Shown here: piece by piece, positions 19,907 to 28,511 of the stretch
Layout of the letters: the number at the start of each line of letters is the position of its first letter
Numbering within the stretch: position 1 is the stretch's first letter
From: Candidatus Methylomirabilia bacterium
Lineage (GTDB): Bacteria; Methylomirabilota; Methylomirabilia; Rokubacteriales; CSP1-6
Direction of reading: 5' to 3'
Assembly (NCBI GenBank): GCA_046758965.1
Contig: JBHIBG010000002.1
Location: 64,001 to 128,000 of the forward strand
DNA: 64,000 nt
Notes under the pieces: model-generated
Databases searched by the model: none
Told to the model about the DNA's origin: nothing
The model's input: the letters and a program-made list of their open reading frames with translations, nothing else
Translations under genes and position numbers: made by a program

Positions 19907-20773
19907 ATGATGCGACCCGCACACAAGCTATCCATCGCCCGCTGGCTATCGGGACTCACGGCCGTCCTGGCTTCCGCCGCGATCGTCGTGCTGGCCGGGG
20001 CGTCCGCTGCCGAGATGTCTGGCAACACCAAGGTGACCTGGTACGGCCACGCCGCCTTCAAGATCGAGACACCCTCCGGTGGGGTGATTCTCATCGACCC
20101 GTGGATCAAGAATCCGAAAAACCCGGACAAGGCCGCTATCTCCAAGCTGACCAAGGTGGACTACATCCTGCTCACCCATGCCCATTTCGATCACGTGGGG
20201 CAGACGGTGCAGATCGCCAAGGCCACGGGCGCCAAGATGGTGTCCTCCTTCGGGCTTGGCCGCAACCTGGTCGCCATCCATGGCTTTCCCAAAGCCCAGG
20301 CAGGCTTCGATACCATGGGCAACGTGGGAGGGCTGATAAGGCTGCCCAGGGCAGGCGCCCAGGTGACGATCGTGAACGCCGTGCACGGCTCCGAAGTGGG
20401 CCTGCCCAAACCGGAACCGGGCGGTCCCACCGTGGTGATCGGCGGGAACCCTGTGGGGTTCGTGCTGGAAGTGGACAACGGTCCCACCTTCTATCACACG
20501 GGGGACACTGACGTCTTCACGGACATGAAGCTGGTCGGTGACCTGTTCACGGTAGACGTGATGCTGTCCGCCATCGGGGACCACTTCACGATGGGCCCCA
20601 GGCGTGCCGCAGTGGCCGTGGAGTTCGTCAAGCCGAAGATCGTGGTGCCCATACACTTCGGTACCTTCCCGGTGCTCACGGGCACGCCCGCCGCCTTCCA
20701 GGCGGAGATCAAAAAGCGCGGGCTCAGCACCGAGATGGTGGAGATGAAGCCCGGCGAAACCCGCGCCTTCTGA
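19907..20773 (+). CDS. Metallo-beta-lactamase-fold hydrolase (UPF0173-like) with signal peptide
   Basis: TWYGHAAF, LIDPW, THAHFDH, YHTGDT, FTMGP, PIHFGTFP; AAGGAGG RBS. Confidence 0.88.
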   Translation: MMRPAHKLSIARWLSGLTAVLASAAIVVLAGASAAEMSGNTKVTWYGHAAFKIETPSGGVILIDPWIKNPKNPDKAAISKLTKVDYILLTHAHFDHVGQTVQIAKATGAKMVSSFGLGRNLVAIHGFPKAQAGFDTMGNVGGLIRLPRAGAQVTIVNAVHGSEVGLPKPEPGGPTVVIGGNPVGFVLEVDNGPTFYHTGDTDVFTDMKLVGDLFTVDVMLSAIGDHFTMGPRRAAVAVEFVKPKIVVPIHFGTFPVLTGTPAAFQAEIKKRGLSTEMVEMKPGETRAF

Positions 20774-20955
20774 CGGCCCCGACTCGCCACGTGGAAATAG
20801 GAGGGGGCTGCTACCGTGATGGTAGGCGCCCTCCCCTTGTCCTGCTTTCCAGGAATTTTTTGTCGGTTCATCCCAGCCTTGACCCCTCCCAGCCCTGGGG
20901 CTAAGCTTGGCGCACCGTTTCCCATTGACTGGCCCGGCAAGTTGGAGGCCTCGGT

Positions 20956-23900
20956 ATGAAGTGTCCCCGGTGCGAGGCCCAGAATCCCGCTGACGCCGTC
21001 TTCTGCGAGGAGTGCGGGTCTCGGCTCGAAGCTGCCTGCCCCAGTTGCGGTGAGGCGAATCGGCTCGCTGCGAAGTTTTGCAAGAAGTGCGGCCAACCAC
21101 TGGCCCAGGCTGGCGCGGCAGGCCCGATAGCCGCCCCGAAGTTCGGCTCCCCCGAAACCTACACCCCCAAGCACCTCGCTGAAAAGATCCTCACCTCCAA
21201 GAGCGTGCTGGAAGGGGAGCGCAAGCAGGTCACGGTCCTGCTCGCCGATCTGAAGGGGTCGATGGAGCTCCTTGCGGACCGCGACCCTGAAGAGGCGCGA
21301 AAGCTCCTGGACCCGGTCCTTGAGCGGATGATGGAGGCGGTCCACCGCTACGAGGGGACCGTGAACCAGGTCATGGGCGACGGGATCATGGCCCTGTTCG
21401 GTGCGCCGCTGGCCCATGAGGACCACGCGGTGCGGGCCTGTTACGCCGCTCTCGCCATGCAGGAGGCCATCCGCCGCTACACCGAGGAGCTCCGCCGCGC
21501 CCAGGGGATCGAAGTGCAGATCAGGGTCGGCCTCAACTCAGGGGAAGTCGTTGTCCGGTCCATCGGCAATGACCTCCACATGGACTACACCGCCGTGGGC
21601 CAGACCACGCACCTGGCAGCCAGGATGGAACAGCTCGCCAGACCCGGAAGCATCCGGCTGACAGCCGAGACCCTCCGGCTGGCGGAGGGATTTGTCCAGG
21701 TCACACCTCTGGGCCCGGTCCCGGTCAAAGGACTTGAGGTGCCGATCGAGGTCTACGAGATCATCGGAGCAGGGCCTGTGCGGAGGCGACTGGAGGCCGC
21801 CGCGGTTCGCGGGCTCACACGCTTCGTCGGGCGCGATGCTGAACTCGACCAGCTCCGCCAGGCCCTGGAGTGGGTGGCCCAGGGCCACGGCCAGGTTGTC
21901 GCGGTCGTGGGAGAACCGGGCGTCGGCAAATCGCGCCTCTTCTACGAGTTTACGCATTCGCATCGAATGCGCGGCTGGCTCGTCCTCGAAAGCGGCTCGG
22001 TCTCCTACGGCAAGGCCACCGCCTATCTTCCGGTCATGGATCTCCTTAGGGCCTACTTCACCATCGAGTCCCGCGATGACGCGCGGAAGATCCGCGAGAA
22101 GGTCAGCGGCAAGCTGCTCACCTTAGATGAAGCGCTGACGCCGACGCTGGCCGTTTTCCTCGCGCTCCTGGACGTGCCGGTCGAGGACCCGCAGTGGCAG
22201 GCCCTCGATCCGCCGCAGCGGCGCCGGCGGACCCTGGACGCCGTCAAGCGCCTCCTGCTCCGCGAGAGCCAGGTCCAGCCCCTCTGCCTGGTCTTCGAGG
22301 ATCTCCACTGGATCGACTCCGAGACCCAGGTGGTCCTGGACAGCCTGATCGAAAGCCTCCCCACCGCCCGCATCCTGCTCCTCGCCAACTACCGCCCCGA
22401 GTACCAGCACGGCTGGGGAAGCAAGACCTACTACAGCCAGCTGCGGCTCGATCCGCTCCCGCCCGAGAGCTGCGAGGAACTGCTTCAAGCCCTCCTCGGA
22501 GGCGATGCGAGTCTTCAGCCGTTCAGGCAGCTCCTGATCGAGCGCACCGAGGGGAACCCCTTCTTCCTGGAGGAGAGCGTCAGGACCCTGGTCGAGACCC
22601 AGGTTCTCCTCGGCGAGCGCGGAGCCTATCGCCTGGCGAAGGCCCTTCCGAGCATTCAGGTGCCGGCCACGGTGCAGGCGGTCCTCGCCGCCCGGATCGA
22701 CCGGCTGCCACCCGAGGAAAAGCGCCTTCTCCAGTCAGCCTCCGTCATCGGCAAGGATTTACCGTTCCCCCTCCTCCAGGCCATCGCCGACCTGTCTGAA
22801 GAGGCGCTCGGCCAGGGTCTGAGCCACCTCCAGGCCGCGGAGTTGCTCTACGAGACGAGCCTCTTCCCCCACATCGAATACACCTTCAAGCACGCCCTCA
22901 CCCATGAGGTGGCCTACGGGAGCCTCCTCCAGGAGCAGCGTCGCACCCTCCATACCCGGATCACGGAGGCCATCGAACTGCTCTATCCCGGCCGGCTGGT
23001 TGAACAAGTCGACTGGCTCGCCCACCACGCCCTGCGCGGCGAGGTGTGGGACAAGGCAATGAGCTACCTCCGTCAGGCGGGAGCCAAGGCCTTGGCGCGG
23101 TCCGCCAACCGGGAGTCAGCAACCTGCTTCGAGCAGGCCCTGGGAGTGCTCAAGCATCTCCCGGAGGGTCGCGACACCACCGAGCAGGGAATCGATCTCC
23201 GCTTCGCGCTTCGCAATGCGCTCTGGCCGCTCGGGGAACTCGGACGGATCCTCGACTACCTTCGAGAGGCCGAAACCCTCGCCGAGGCCCTGGACGATCA
23301 ACGCCGGCTGGGGCGGGTTTCCTCCTATGTGACTCAATATTTCTGGATGACAGGCGAGCCTCATCGAGCCCTTGAGTCGGGCCAACGTGCCCTCGCCATC
23401 GCCGCCAACCTCGGAGATTTCGCCCTCCAGGTCGAGACGAACCTCCGCCTGGGCCAGGCCTACCATGCCTTAGGTGACTATCGTCGGGCGGCGGACGTCC
23501 TCAGGAAGAACGTGGAGTCCCTTGAAGGCGATTTGGTCTATGAGCGCTTCGGCATGCCCGGCGTCCTGTCCGTCACATCCCGTTGCGTGCTGGTCTGGTG
23601 CCTTGCCGAGCTGGGAGAGTTTTCCGAAGGGGTCACCCGTGGCGAAGAAGGGGTCCGGATTGCCGAGGCGGTTGATCAACCGTACAGCCTCGTCGTTGCC
23701 TATTTCGGTGCCGGCCTTCCGCGCCTGCACAAAGGCCAACTCCAACAGGCTGTCGCTGTGCTTGAACGTGGCCTGTCCCTTTGCGAGGTTGCGAACATCT
23801 CGCTGTGGTTTCCCAGAGTCGCCTCGGCCTTGGGCTCTGCGTATGCCCTTTCAGGGCGGATCGCCGAAGCCCTGTCTCTTCTTGAGCAGGCGGTCGAGAA

Positions 23901-24333
23901 GGCTGCGTCCATGAGAATAATGGCCTGGCACTCACTCCTGGTGGCCTGGTTGAGCGAGGCATGTCTGCTGGCCGGTCGAGTGGATGAGGCCATTCGACTC
24001 GCCGGGCGGGCCGTTGATCTCTCCCGTGATGACAAGGCACCGGGCTCCCAGGCGTGGGCCCTCCGGCTCCTCGGTGAGATCGCTTCGCACCGTGATCCTG
24101 CCGAGGTGGAAAAGACGGAAGACTATTACCGCCAGGCCATGGCCCTGGCCGACGAACTCGGCATGCGCCCGCTTCTGGCCCGCTGCCGCCTGGGCCTCGG
24201 CAAGCTGTACCGGCGCGCAGGGAACCGCCTGAAGGCTCAGGAGCACTTGACCAGCGCAACCGGGATGCTCCGCGAGATGGACATGGGCTTCTGGCTGGAG
24301 CAGGCGGAGCGAGAACTGAACGACCTGCCGTGA
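20956..24333 (+). CDS. Double zinc ribbon + class III adenylate/guanylate cyclase + AAA ATPase + TPR protein
   Basis: Four CxxC pairs, ERKQVTVLLAD, GDGIMALFGAP, GEPGVGKS Walker A, EDLHW, EGNPFFLEE, TPR tail. Confidence 0.92.
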   Translation: MKCPRCEAQNPADAVFCEECGSRLEAACPSCGEANRLAAKFCKKCGQPLAQAGAAGPIAAPKFGSPETYTPKHLAEKILTSKSVLEGERKQVTVLLADLKGSMELLADRDPEEARKLLDPVLERMMEAVHRYEGTVNQVMGDGIMALFGAPLAHEDHAVRACYAALAMQEAIRRYTEELRRAQGIEVQIRVGLNSGEVVVRSIGNDLHMDYTAVGQTTHLAARMEQLARPGSIRLTAETLRLAEGFVQVTPLGPVPVKGLEVPIEVYEIIGAGPVRRRLEAAAVRGLTRFVGRDAELDQLRQALEWVAQGHGQVVAVVGEPGVGKSRLFYEFTHSHRMRGWLVLESGSVSYGKATAYLPVMDLLRAYFTIESRDDARKIREKVSGKLLTLDEALTPTLAVFLALLDVPVEDPQWQALDPPQRRRRTLDAVKRLLLRESQVQPLCLVFEDLHWIDSETQVVLDSLIESLPTARILLLANYRPEYQHGWGSKTYYSQLRLDPLPPESCEELLQALLGGDASLQPFRQLLIERTEGNPFFLEESVRTLVETQVLLGERGAYRLAKALPSIQVPATVQAVLAARIDRLPPEEKRLLQSASVIGKDLPFPLLQAIADLSEEALGQGLSHLQAAELLYETSLFPHIEYTFKHALTHEVAYGSLLQEQRRTLHTRITEAIELLYPGRLVEQVDWLAHHALRGEVWDKAMSYLRQAGAKALARSANRESATCFEQALGVLKHLPEGRDTTEQGIDLRFALRNALWPLGELGRILDYLREAETLAEALDDQRRLGRVSSYVTQYFWMTGEPHRALESGQRALAIAANLGDFALQVETNLRLGQAYHALGDYRRAADVLRKNVESLEGDLVYERFGMPGVLSVTSRCVLVWCLAELGEFSEGVTRGEEGVRIAEAVDQPYSLVVAYFGAGLPRLHKGQLQQAVAVLERGLSLCEVANISLWFPRVASALGSAYALSGRIAEALSLLEQAVEKAASMRIMAWHSLLVAWLSEACLLAGRVDEAIRLAGRAVDLSRDDKAPGSQAWALRLLGEIASHRDPAEVEKTEDYYRQAMALADELGMRPLLARCRLGLGKLYRRAGNRLKAQEHLTSATGMLREMDMGFWLEQAERELNDLP

Positions 24334-24357
24334 AGGTGAGTTAGAATAAGGCGCACC

Positions 24358-24600
24358 ATGCGTGTGTCCCGTGACGATCTCAAACGTTTCCTCGACGGGC
24401 ATCGTGCCGCGGGCGCCCGTCTTCGCAAAGAGACGCTACGGCGTCTCCCGTCCTTGAGTGTCGACGACGCCCGGGCGGAATACGATTCGCTCTGTCTGGT
24501 GTGGGAGAGGTCCCGGGCTCTCGGCGATGGGAGCGCGCTCGACCGGCGAGCGATTCAGGAGCGCGTCGCCCTTCGGCGCCGCCTTGGCGGCCGGCGGTGA
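24358..24600 (+). CDS. Small protein, putative antitoxin partner
   Basis: 80 aa helical ORF whose stop overlaps the nucleotidyltransferase start (GTGA). Confidence 0.55.
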   Translation: MRVSRDDLKRFLDGHRAAGARLRKETLRRLPSLSVDDARAEYDSLCLVWERSRALGDGSALDRRAIQERVALRRRLGGRR

Positions 24601-25175
24601 ACCGGCAGTTCGAAACCGCCTGGCAACTTCACGCCTTCTTGAGCACGCGCGGAATTCCTTATGCGATCATCGGTGGCATCGCCGTCCAGCGCTGGGGCCG
24701 GCCGCGTCTGACGCGCGACGTCGATCTCACCGTCCTGCTGCCACCCGGGGGCGAGGAAGCGACGCTGCGGGAGATCGTTGCGGCGTTCCCGGCGCGCATC
24801 GAGGACGCGGTGGCATTCGCCCTGGAGCATCGCGTGCTGCCCGTCGACGTGCCGGGGGGCAGCGAGGCCGACCTCAGCCTGGGACTCCCGGGCTACGAGG
24901 AGCACCTCATCGCCCGTACCGTCGCGTACGACCTAGGCGATGGCCGTGAGGTGCGACTCTGCTCCGCCGAGGACCTGATCATCCACAAGGCGCTGGCGGG
25001 GCGGCCCCAGGACGTGCTCGACATCGAGGGAGTCGTGGCGCGGCACGGGGCCGCTCTCGACATCGTCTACGTGCATCAGTGGCTCGAGGAGCTGGCTCGG
25101 CTCGCCGACGACCCGGAAGTAGTCGCCCGCTTCGAGCGCATCTGGGCTGAGCGTGCCGACAGAGGGCACACATGA
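24597..25175 (+). CDS. Nucleotidyltransferase-family protein (AbiEii/DUF6036-like, putative toxin)
   Basis: YAIIGGIAV..WG.PR.TRDVD, AEDLIIHK..AGRPQD..DI. Confidence 0.8.
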   Translation: MNRQFETAWQLHAFLSTRGIPYAIIGGIAVQRWGRPRLTRDVDLTVLLPPGGEEATLREIVAAFPARIEDAVAFALEHRVLPVDVPGGSEADLSLGLPGYEEHLIARTVAYDLGDGREVRLCSAEDLIIHKALAGRPQDVLDIEGVVARHGAALDIVYVHQWLEELARLADDPEVVARFERIWAERADRGHT

Positions 25176-25254
25176 ACTGTCCCCGGTGCCAGCAGGAGAA
25201 CCGACCGCAGGCGAAGTTCTGTCTGGAGTGCGCAGCCCCCTCAGTCAGGCGTGC
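25172..25254 (+). pseudogene. Truncated N-terminal zinc-ribbon remnant of a cyclase/AAA/TPR gene
   Basis: MNCPRCQQENRPQAKFCLECAAP, then LSQAC after a 1-nt frameshift; ATGA-coupled to the upstream gene. Confidence 0.75.
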
Positions 25255-25289
25255 CAGCAAGGATATTCGTCATGAGAATCCGCCTTTGC

Positions 25290-25853
25290 TCAACCACTTG
25301 CTGTACGCCCGGGCAGGGATTCCTTGCGGTTGCTTTCCTCTTGATCCTCGCCGTTCCTCAGATTCACTAAGGCCCAAGACCGCCCGAGGGTAACTGCGAT
25401 TCCCAGCGCCTCGGCAATATCCTCGGGGGTTCCTACAAATTCCAGTCCCACCCTGTACTCCTCGTCAACACGCAGGGCTCGGCGAACCACTCCTTGCAGG
25501 GTGGCGATCATGCTCCTCTCGGGAAGCTTGAAGGAAAGCTCTACGACGTCGCCCGCCGAGAGCTGCATCGCTGTGACGAGGCGACACCCTCCGACGCTCA
25601 AGTCCACGATCTGCCCAGCGGCTCCTTTTTTCGGACCCATTCGAGCAATCTGCGCGGGGATGTCGGTCTCCCAGCGCGGATGCCGTCGCAGGGAGAAGCC
25701 TTCCAAATCAAGCACCGCTTCTAGGGCCCTCACATACCCCTTTTGCCATGCCAGGGTGGTGGGCCCGGGCTCACCCTGCCGATCCAAGTTCTCCAAGACC
25801 GCCCGGGCGTGAACGAGCTTGGCCCGCACGGCCTGTCGCAAGGCAGTCAGCAT
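25290..25853 (-). CDS. PilZ-domain c-di-GMP-binding protein with an unnamed N-terminal module
   Basis: RRHPR (RxxxR) and DLSVGG (DxSxxG) motifs, YRVGLEF. Confidence 0.85.
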   Translation of the reverse strand: MLTALRQAVRAKLVHARAVLENLDRQGEPGPTTLAWQKGYVRALEAVLDLEGFSLRRHPRWETDIPAQIARMGPKKGAAGQIVDLSVGGCRLVTAMQLSAGDVVELSFKLPERSMIATLQGVVRRALRVDEEYRVGLEFVGTPEDIAEALGIAVTLGRSWALVNLRNGEDQEESNRKESLPGRTASG

Positions 25854-25968
25854 GTTACCCTCATCTTACGGATTCCCTTGACCGCGCAACCTTGTTGAGC
25901 CGGATCACCGAACCCACCTCCGTGGCGGGAAGCCAGCAGAGGTGGGTTGAGGATCGTGCGCGGCCGGG

Positions 25969-27123
25969 TCACTCCGTGACCGAAGCCGAGGGGAGCGGCG
26001 CCAGGATTATCTCGATCCGGCGGTTCTGGGCCCTTCCCTCAGAGGTGGTGTTGGGGGCCACGGGCCGATACTCGGCAAATCCGGCGGCGGCCAGCCTCTC
26101 AGCCGGGATTTTCACCTTGTCCCGGAAGTAGCGGGCGACCATGGTGGCCCGGGCAGTTGAGAGCTCCCAGTTCGTGGGGTACTTGACGGCAAGACGTGAG
26201 CTGATCGGAACGTTGTCCGTATGGCCCTCGACCCGGATCTCCTTGTCCTTGACGTTCTTCAGGATCTCTCCCACCCGCGTCAGGATCGCGCGGCCTCGGG
26301 GTCTGATCTCCGCTCTCCCGGAGTCAAAGAGGATCTTCTCCACCAAGTTCACAGTGAGGAGGTTTTTGTACTGCGTGACCTTGATCTCCCCGGCCTTGAT
26401 CTCTCTCTGAAGATCGCTGACCAGCTCATGGTAGGTGGCCCTGAGGTTGGCGATCTCCCGCGCCTTTTCCTCGGTCTCCCTGCGCAGCCTCTCGGCCTCC
26501 TGCAGCGCGGCCTGGTGCTTCTGGTTGAGGTCCGTCACCTCGCCGTCGAGCGACGCGGCCCAGGCGGCGGCGGCCTGGTGCTGCCGGGTGAGGTCTTCCA
26601 GCTGACGCTTGAGCGACGCGGCTCGGGCCTGCCCCTGGTCCCGCCCGGCGGCGGCGGCCTGGTATTTTTGGCTGAGGTCTCTCACCTGACTGTCGAGCGC
26701 TCCGGCCCGGGCGGCGGCGGCCTGGTGCTTCTGGCTGAGGTCTCTCACCTGACCGTCGAGCGCTGCGGCCCGGGCGGCGGCGGCCTGGTGCTTCTGGCTG
26801 AGGTCTCTCACCTGACCGTCGAGCGCTGCGGCCCGGGCGGCGGCGGCCTGGTGCTGCCGGGTCAGCTCGTTCACCCGATCTTCAAGGGACGCGGCTTGGG
26901 CCTCTAGCTCGTCCCGCTTGGCGCTGAGGATCCGTTCCTCCTGCTCCAGATCCTGTACGCGCCGTGTCAACTCCCTGTTGCGGGCCTCCGCCCGCTTGCG
27001 GGCCTCCATCAGGGCCTCTGCCTCCTGCTCTTTGGCAAGGTATGTCGATTTGCTCACACACCCGGCCAGCACCAGGGAAGCACAGAGCATCGCGCCGAGA
27101 ACAGTCCGCAGATGATGCGTCAT
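25969..27123 (-). CDS. OmpA/MotB-family peptidoglycan-binding lipoprotein with long coiled coil
   Basis: LAGC lipobox, ILFDSG, VEGHTDNVPI, NWELSTARA, NRRIEI; AAGGAGG RBS. Confidence 0.9.
   Translation of the reverse strand: MTHHLRTVLGAMLCASLVLAGCVSKSTYLAKEQEAEALMEARKRAEARNRELTRRVQDLEQEERILSAKRDELEAQAASLEDRVNELTRQHQAAAARAAALDGQVRDLSQKHQAAAARAAALDGQVRDLSQKHQAAAARAGALDSQVRDLSQKYQAAAAGRDQGQARAASLKRQLEDLTRQHQAAAAWAASLDGEVTDLNQKHQAALQEAERLRRETEEKAREIANLRATYHELVSDLQREIKAGEIKVTQYKNLLTVNLVEKILFDSGRAEIRPRGRAILTRVGEILKNVKDKEIRVEGHTDNVPISSRLAVKYPTNWELSTARATMVARYFRDKVKIPAERLAAAGFAEYRPVAPNTTSEGRAQNRRIEIILAPLPSASVTE
26510..26865 (-). repeat. In-frame 63-bp (21-aa) tandem repeats, about 5 units, central ones near-identical
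   Basis: CCTGGTGCTTCTGGCTGAGGTCTCTCACCTGACCGTCGAGCGCTGCGGCCCGGGCGGCGGCGG recurs at 26721 and 26784; protein unit QKHQAAAARAAALDGQVRDLS. Confidence 0.9.
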
Positions 27124-27384
27124 CGTTTTCCTCCTTCCTGAAGTTGCGCGGCGTTCCTCGCCGCAGCATCCTACGTCGTCCGCTCCGCTCCACAACGGAG
27201 CAGCTGCCTGCAAGCTACCGCTCAGGGGCATTGCGACCCCCCCAAGGCCAGACGATTTCGCGCAGTTAGATTGGGCACCGTGGCGTTACGTGCTGACCCG
27301 GTTTCACCCGGCTGGACCCCGCATCGCGACTGACATGAGGGCATGCCTTCCCTACGTCTTCTCGACTTCCCCTCGCGACGGAGA

Positions 27385-27401
27385 GGCAAGAATCCTGCCG
27401 A
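27385..27401 (-). promoter_or_regulatory. Sigma-54-type -24/-12 promoter for the ompA/motB-like gene
   Basis: Minus strand reads TCGGCAGGATTCTTGCC (GG-N10-GC). Confidence 0.7.
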
Positions 27402-27513
27402 CAGTGCGGGGCGCGAGCTGCCGACTCACTGCCTCGTATTGCCTCGCCGGTGTTGCACTTTGTCTCGCGCTCCGCTCCGCTCCAGAAGAGCACCCATCCC
27501 TCCCGGCCCCCCT

Positions 27514-27551
27514 TTCCAGTCAAATTGTCCAAACGGATGCCACCTTGTCAG
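27514..27551 (-). promoter_or_regulatory. Conserved 38-bp upstream element, copy 1 (putative enhancer/UAS)
   Basis: Minus strand CTGACAAGGTGGCATCCGTTTGGACAATTTGACTGGAA; 114 nt upstream of the -24 GG. Confidence 0.72.
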
Positions 27552-27741
27552 GCGGTGCTGAGGCCTCCGAGAACCTGCGGCCCGGCTCGATGGCTGACCG
27601 GAGACGCGGGGCAGAGTCCAGAGACCTGATCGAGAGCGAATCCCGCTCTTCGGAAGGCCGGACAGTCGAGTTGAGGAGAAGGGATGGTTATGCGGCTTGA
27701 GGCGGCGGAGGCTCAGCCGAAGATATTGCGCTGGCGTCGCG

Positions 27742-28446
27742 TCAATACGTCCCGGGGCGGATCTCGCGATAGAGCCCCTTGAGCTTTTCGACGCTGAAGT
27801 CCTCCGCTTGGCAGGCCTGGATGATCCGGCGCTCCCCGGCCTCCACCTTGGCGACGGCGTCCGGGATCTTGGCGGTGATCTCGGGGGGGATCGACACCAC
27901 GCCGTGCTGGTCAAAGTGAAGAAGGTCGCCGGGCCTGACCCAGAGCCCGCCCACCTTCACGGGAAGCCCGAAGTCCACCATGTGGACCCAGGCATGAGAG
28001 ACCGAGACATGGGCGGCCGCAAACTGGAAACCCAGGGTTCGCACCTCGTCGAGGTCGCGCACCGAGCCGTCGGTGATCACGCCCACGCATCCCAACGCCT
28101 TGTGGATGCTGGCCTGCACCTCTCCCCACTGGGCCCCCTGGCCGCGGGGGTCGTCCAGGTCATGGACCACCACCACCCGCGGCGCCGGGATGGACAGGAT
28201 GTACTCCCACCACGCGAACGTGCTTGCGCGATGCCCCTCCTGCGGAGCGGACTCAGCCCGGATCAGCGCGGTGACCGCGTGGCCCACGAGCGGACCGACC
28301 TCCGGGAACAACGCGCGGATCTCGGAGGACATGAATCCCTCGCTCCGCGGCCGAAGCTGGAAGGTCTCGATGGCGTTCGCCACGCTGGGGCTGGTGACCT
28401 TCCTCAAGGCGTTGAGGTTGTGTTCGGTCAGGGGCATGGTCATCAC
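27742..28446 (-). CDS. RraA-family / HMG-aldolase-like protein
   Basis: SVANAIE, VGHAVT, WGEV, GVITDGSVRD, PGDLLHFDQHGVV. Confidence 0.85.
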   Translation of the reverse strand: MMTMPLTEHNLNALRKVTSPSVANAIETFQLRPRSEGFMSSEIRALFPEVGPLVGHAVTALIRAESAPQEGHRASTFAWWEYILSIPAPRVVVVHDLDDPRGQGAQWGEVQASIHKALGCVGVITDGSVRDLDEVRTLGFQFAAAHVSVSHAWVHMVDFGLPVKVGGLWVRPGDLLHFDQHGVVSIPPEITAKIPDAVAKVEAGERRIIQACQAEDFSVEKLKGLYREIRPGTY

Positions 28447-28511
28447 TCCTGTCGCGCCTGCTTGAGGGCGTGAAGGGTTGGGTCCATGATGCTCGATCCG
28501 TTCGACAGGGC

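Noticed and set aside
26510..26865. Direct repeats as a CRISPR array
   Set aside because: Units are contiguous 63-bp in-frame coding repeats without unique spacers, and there are no cas genes.
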